NCBI GenBank assembly: GCA_043228905.1
Contig: JBHGNT010000016.1
Coordinates: 14,818,001 to 14,882,000, forward strand
Length of the DNA: 64,000 bases
Reading direction: 5' to 3'
Source of the DNA: Azolla caroliniana
Taxonomy: Eukaryota; Plantae; Polypodiophyta
Shown here: positions 57,573 through 64,000 of the stretch, piece after piece
Position numbering within the stretch: the stretch's first letter is position 1
Layout of the letters: the number at the start of each line of letters is the position of its first letter
Made by a program: the position numbers and the translations under genes
The notes under the pieces: model-generated
What the model saw: only the letters and a program-made list of their open reading frames with translations
The model's database searches: none
What the model was told of the DNA's origin: nothing

Positions 57573-59677
57573 TAGAGAGAGAGATACACCTATGAACAAC
57601 ACAAGATGGGGGATGAGTAACTATATTAAATTAGCATTATCATCATCAAATACAAAAATACCCACAATGAGGTATATATAGATCTCTTGTGCAAGGGTGC
57701 ACATGTGTGAGGAGAATATAGGTACAAGGGTGTAAGTCCTATATTAAATGTACTTGGGAGTGGAGAAACCACAATATCCCACTTAAGTACAAGGTCTTAT
57801 TTAAGCCGTTATAGTCAACACTTCTAACTAGATTCTATCTAGATAACTACGAAGTTACATGGTTGACTAACTAACTAAACTAAGTTGAGCTTGATCTCTC
57901 AACACACCCCCTCAATCTCAAGTGTTAGGTGTTCGATATCCAGTTCTGCTTTCGGCGTTGTCCGGCTTTTGATGTCGGCTTCTATGTGGTTTCCGTTCGG
58001 CCTTCGGCTTTCTTCGTCGTGGCAATCTCTGCTCCTCCCCCTCAAGCCGGTGATGAAGGCTTGTAGAGTGTGGATGAAGACCGACTACTTCCACCCATCG
58101 TGGGTTACGAGTTGCTTCAATGGAGCTCTTGGGCTCTTGTTTGGCCACTACCTTCATCACGAAGGCATAGTGATGGGCCATGTACTCGTTGTAGCCGAGC
58201 CAAGTGATGGGGTTCTTAGCTCTAGATGAGCGTCGAAGTTTTTCGCTCGCCGATGTGAGCACCTTCTTTACTCCGGGTGTCCACATGATGGGTACACCAA
58301 ACTCACTGTCTTGTGTGCAAGCCGACACACCCGAATCACTTTCGTCGGGGTGATCGACTTCATATTCACTTTCGTCGGAGTGTATGATGTCGAGGATGCA
58401 TTTGCTCGCATGGCTCTCCTTCAGGAATGGGAGTCTATGTTGTTTGCCGAGTTGACACGCTTTGCATACTCGGTCGACTCGTTTCGACTCAAATGACGGA
58501 AGTCCGATAACAACTCCCGTTGATTGAATTGCTCGAAGCTGTTGGAGGTTTATGTGGCCAATTATTTTGTGCCACAACTCGATTCTTGTCTTGGTTTTGA
58601 GACCTTTGGCATACATGGCCGATTTCACCTCGTTCGAATTGAGGATGAACATGTGATTGTGTCTCCGTCCCTTGGCTATGAGTCCGTCATATTTCTCGAT
58701 GAAACAACCTTTGTTGTTGAAGCGGACTTGCATGCCTTGCTCCATGATTTGGCCAACGGAGACCAAATTCTTTGTTATTGTGGGCACATGCAAGACATTC
58801 TTGATGCAAGTTTGCTCGCCTTCTTTCCCAAATGGGACATTGCCAATGTGTTGAATGGGATGTGTGGTGTCGTCTCCCGTCTCTATGAAGTCGGGTCGGT
58901 CCGGCGTTCGTAAGTCACGAAACCACTCTTGGTCTGACGTCATATGATGTGAAGCACCAGAATTGACGAACCACACGTCTTCCGAGTTGGAGTTGCTTGT
59001 GGAGTCGGAGGCCGACATAGAGTTCGCCCTATGCCTCATTACGAATAGTCTGTCGTAGTCATCGTATTCAGAGTTGGTGGAGTAAATCGTGAGTTGTCGA
59101 CTCGTCGAAGCCGACTCACTTCTTCTTTTTCGGCACTCCTCCTCGTGGTGGCCGATTTTTCCCCAATAGTTGCAAGTTGCGGGCGTCATTTGCCGACCTT
59201 GTTCGGTATGGAAGCTCCACCTTCTTCTGAAGGTTCCTTGATGGCTTCCATCTTGTTGTCGAAGGTTTGAGTTCCCTTCGTGTGATGGCTCAAATCGACC
59301 TCTTCTATCGCCTCGACCTCATCCTCGGCCACCATCCGAATTCGAGAAGAACATTTGTCCTTCTGATGTCGAGGTTTTGGTTTGGACATGGTTCTCTTCA
59401 ACCATTACAATTGACTGAAGGTCGAAGAACGAAAGAGGATTTTCCCTCGCCAAGATTGTCGTCCTCAACGAGTCGAATCGTTGTGCAAGGCTACCCAAGC
59501 ATACTTGAACCATCTCGTCTTCGTCGATGTTTATTTTGATGGAGCCAAGCGAGTCGCAAATGCTCTTGATCTTGGCGGTGTAGTCTGACTGTCAAGAATA
59601 GTACTAAAACATAGAGAGAATTAGTACTAGAGAAGGGAAGTACTATTAGTACTAAGAGGACGGACTGCGTAAGACTC

Positions 59678-59714
<37 letters not shown>

Positions 59715-60911
59715 ATGATAACAGATGATATATTATGTGAAGAGTAAGTACAAAATAGCTATAAGGCTTAAGACTAGCGTTGAACCAATTTGGTTCGAAA
59801 TAATGCCTTGTGCCTCTTTTTATAGTGTTCTCAGGAATAGTCCTAAAGCTTCTAGAATGTTCTAGAGAAATCTGGAATATACAATAACTCTCTATAGTAA
59901 AACTTAAATGAAAATAATATCTTACGTATTACAATAGGTAATGTAATGGCCAAGAGCTCAACCCATATAACATAAGGTTATGGGTTCGAGTCTTGCCATA
60001 TCATGACACTATCCCCCCCTTACGATGACGAGCGTCACGAGTCAGCACTGATTGTGGACCGGGTTTGTCCGAATACTTTTGGTAGAAATCAGCAAGAAGA
60101 TCCTTTGGCGACATGCTCACGGGTTCCCAAGTAAGTTCACTCGGACTATAGCCAAGCCAATCGACCAAATAATAAAGTTTGTTGTGAACAAACTTGGAGT
60201 CGAGGACAGCAACAACTTCATATACCGGGCCGGTGTCCAACTCAAGCGGGGGCGGCGGTGGTGTACACGATCGGGAATAGTGTTGGCCTGATAAGGTTCG
60301 AGAAGAGAACTATGGAAGACTAGATGTATCTGAAGGTGCGGAGGAAGATCAAGGCGGAACGTGACATCATTAATCTTGCCGGTAATACGGAAAGGACCGA
60401 GTCATTGATAATCCAATTTGTTGCACGGTCGAGTTGTCTTGATGTGACGACGTAAGATCCATACTCGATCTCTAATGGCAAAAGAGGAGGGAATTAGTAC
60501 CTAATTATGTGATTAGTTTATAAGCAGAAGATTAAGTGATATGTGTGTGTATGTGTGTGAGAGGAAGAGAGAGAGAGAGAGAGAGAGAAAGATACACTTA
60601 TAAACAACACAAGATGGGGGATGAGTAACTATATTAAATTAGCATTATCATCATCAAATACAAAAATACCCACAATGAGGTATATATAGATCTCATGTGC
60701 AAGGGTGCACATGTGTGAGGAGAATATAGGTACAAGGGTGTAAGTCCTATATTAAATGTACTTGGGAGTGGAGGATCTACAATATCCCACTTAAGTACAA
60801 GGTCTTATTTAAGGTGTTATAGTCAACACTTCTAACTAGATCTATCTAGATAACTACGAAGTTACATGGTTGACTAACTAACTAAACTAAGTTGAGCTTG
60901 ATCTCTCAACA
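57448..60911 (-). mobile_element. Internally deleted copia carrying a gypsy remnant; duplicate of the element whose 5' LTR is at 6985-18532
   Basis: 3' LTR 57448-57904 and truncated 5' LTR 60492-60911; TSD CTGTG on both sides. ORF 57918-59189 has knuckle, PR and pre-integrase but lacks the integrase core and most of RT/RH. Confidence 0.9.
59590..60494 (-). mobile_element. Chromodomain gypsy remnant (3' LTR 59590-60008 plus chromodomain/integrase tail)
   Basis: Near-identical to 661-1512; ORF 60001-60240 [34 protein letters not shown]. Confidence 0.92.
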
Positions 60912-63902
60912 CTGTGTCTATCTTCTACGTTCCTTCTTCTTCTTGTTGCATATCTGTGTTGTTTGATGTACACATCTTACCTTGATGGTCCTTATCATAT
61001 TCCTCATCTAACATATATCAAAAATATGTACTCATGAAAACACATGGCTACATAAGGTCAGTTGGGACACTTTCCAATGGACGTGGCACAATCCTTATGT
61101 AAGGCAAGGAAGCAAAATCGTCCCTTCCTTCCAATTCACGACTAGACTGGGTCACCACATTCCAACCACTCAAATTGCCTGCGAGTCTGCAGTTGCAAAG
61201 GTATGGCACACATATCATGCTCCTCATACAATTATCATGAAAGTTTGGCAGAACATTTGGAAACAACAACACACTAGGCAAATTACCACGTTCTAATGGC
61301 TATTAATAAATAAGTCACTAACGGTTGGAGCGTGGCAGTGTGGGAACCTTACCTCTCTTAACTGTGTAGGATGCCCAAATGCAACGGAATCAATCTGACA
61401 CACTCTTTGGGATTGCCTAGAGACTCATCAATATGGCGGGGGGTTGGCCGCCTTTTGCAATTATGCCAAGTGCAAGGCACAATCAAGAGGGGAAATGTAT
61501 GTTGGTTATCGTGGCAGGTCCCAGTTGATAGATATGAACATCAGGAGGGGATGACTTTGGTGGTAAAAGCATAAGAGGTTTTTTTTTCCACCATCGACAA
61601 TATCCACTCAACTCCTATTAATGTCAAATCTCAAGTTGTCCTGGAATTGGTCAGCCCAATAACTCTTTGGATTCTATGGAAACAACGATGTAGACGAGTT
61701 TTCTCCAACTAAATCGTGCATGCAGTAACGTTAATACAAGAGATATGGAGTGAAGTTGTAGCTACTCTAAAGAGGCAACATGATGGCCTCATAGGCGGAT
61801 TCGATGGAGTTCAAAGACAACGACTAGCCTTCATCCAACAATGGTCGTCCTCTCCCTTTCTTGAGTCAGCGGGCATCCATATAAGATGAAATTATCGTGT
61901 TCCTACAGGGATCTGTATATAACAATCTCATTTGTAAATTTATATAACTAATGGAAGGATTTTTTTGGGAAAAAAAATAAAAAATTATTGCCATAATATT
62001 GGTTATTGTTTATTTATTAGGTTCTATTTTATTTTATTACTGTTATTATGATTATTGATATTGTTCATGTAATTTAGTTATAATTAATATTTAATTATTC
62101 TTATGGTTTATTTTATTTCACTAATTAAATAAATTAATTGTTTATTTACTTATTTATTTTCTTTACCTTTTATGTATCTATTTATTTTATATTTGTTCAT
62201 TTATTTGCTTATTTATTTTTACTATTTTATCTAATATTATTATTATTACTATTTAGTTATTATTATGTGTTGTCGTTGTTGACAGACACAAAGGGTCGAA
62301 CGTCTTAATCATTAAGATGTTCTATCAAGAGGATTGTGATTGGAGATGGAATGTTGGGAACTCTGCCTACTGATTTCTCAGAACATTACACATATACTAA
62401 TTTACTCTACTTCATTAAAACGATTATGAGATACTATCTTGATCGACTGTTAGTTCTATAAATAATCTACATAATAGAGATAACGATTAAAGCATTCGAC
62501 ACAACATATACTCTAACTACGCAAAATTATATTACTGTAACCAAAATAGATTGATGTTGATACAATGCACTCGGTCCTTTTTAATAGTCGACCTGAGAGA
62601 CTCTTCCAAAATATACACTTGCCATTCGGCAAGAAACTACAATTACACTAACTGTTCTATTTTCTTAACTATTCTATTGTCCTACTTGGCAAAAATATTA
62701 CTTCGGCTACTTCCTTTCACATTAGTCTTTTACGCTCATTGATTTTCGGTGCAACTTCTCAACAAACGACGACTACGTCGCCTTTTATCGTTGTCGATCT
62801 TGCACGCCCTCTTGATTTGTAACCCTTGAGCTCTCTCTATATGTCAACAACACCTCCACCTTTTATCTTCCTCGTCTACTTCCACACCCACCTACCCCAA
62901 GGATGGTCAAGTGTAGTTGTCAACTCCTTTATAGACCCTACCTGTCTTGGCATCTCCCATGGTTTGATAGCTAATAGTTTCGAAAATGGTTCACGATGCA
63001 CCCCTGGGACGGCCCCATCACTTCCACAAAGTTGGTTGTGGTCAAATTAATCAAAGGTTCACAACCCTACGCTTCAATTGGCCAATCTTTACAAGCTCAA
63101 GCAATAAAAAACGAACAAAAGTTGGGATGCTCCAAGTAATGTGATGTTACATTCGCACCTACCTTGAGTAAAACAACAACACCTTCCCGATTTGCCAACC
63201 ACATTATCTCTACCTGGCTAGACAGCAAATTCAAGGAGTTCCTCACAAACACCAACCAGATGCAAGATATCTTACTTACCCCCATCAACATCCAACACCT
63301 TTGATCCCACCCATGTCCACAATGTCCTCTCAAACTATTGAACCTCCATTGGTAGCACTATCTAAAGGGTAGTAGATGGCAGTACATTCATGCTCTACAC
63401 TCCAAAGCAACAACTAATATAATGCAAATAACAAGATTTAATCATACATGTAAGCTTTTTGCCATTCACATGTGAGAGAGAGATAGAAATTTTGTAATAG
63501 TTTCAGATGTCAAATATGAGCCACAATACCAAAAATGAAGCATTTTTGAGAATTTTACAAACGAGTGTTGTAATTGACCATGAGATTGTGAATGAGAAAA
63601 AGAGGAAAAAAGATAAATTGGATCATATCAGTCCCCCTAATAACTATTTTCAAGCACACTTTAACACATATTTTCAAAATATAAGAGTTGTTCAATGAGA
63701 AAGCACGCACAAACTCAGGCCGTAAGTAAGTTGTATACAAACGCTTCATGGTCTTCTCTTTATTCAAAACGAGATAACACCTGTAAGCACACCACCGCTT
63801 ACTCTTTTCCCCAATCACCAAGTGAAATGATCATACCCTCATGTAGGGGCAAGGGATTGTTTGTCTCTATCCTTTATTCAATAAACTTAATGTCTATGAC
63901 GG
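60585..63902 (+). repeat. Segmental duplication, copy 2 (paralog of 18205-21528)
   Basis: Colinear near-identity until ...CTTAATGTYTATGRCGG, after which the copies diverge. Confidence 0.95.
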
Positions 63903-64000
63903 TCCATAACATAAATCAGGCTTTACTATTCCCAAGTCCATCTCGAATAAATCCACCACAACATGTTGGACAAGGAGTTGCCATCATCATGTCCCGATAA

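Overview
Eukaryotic, plant-type DNA made almost entirely of nested transposable elements; no ordinary host gene is evident. The element mix suggests a non-seed land plant such as a fern, lycophyte or bryophyte (inference). Contents in order: the 5' end of a probable LINE (1-~660); a degraded chromodomain Ty3/gypsy (~660-6467) inside a copia; an 11.1 kb TIR DNA transposon (7107-18204) inserted in that copia's LTR; decayed copia and gypsy fragments (21.5-30 kb); a degraded gypsy (~30255-51468) hosting a fungal-like gypsy (30331-35414) and a very young intact gypsy with an extra 999-codon ORF (39455-49274); a young copia (51698-57115); and a second copy of the first nest that lacks the DNA transposon (57448-~63900). 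The main finding is the DNA transposon. It has GGG...CCC 25-bp TIRs and an intact 2-exon, 863-aa DDD transposase whose motifs I recall as Sola2-type. It also carries a convergent multi-exon accessory locus with a RING-H2 finger and an FCP1/NIF-like HAD domain with an altered catalytic motif, kb-long intronic arrays of the palindrome TAGCTAATTAGCTA (also present next to both TIRs), and an 83-bp subterminal tandem array. Its empty insertion site is visible in the duplicated segment. Gene models were read by eye and family names come from remembered motifs, not database searches.
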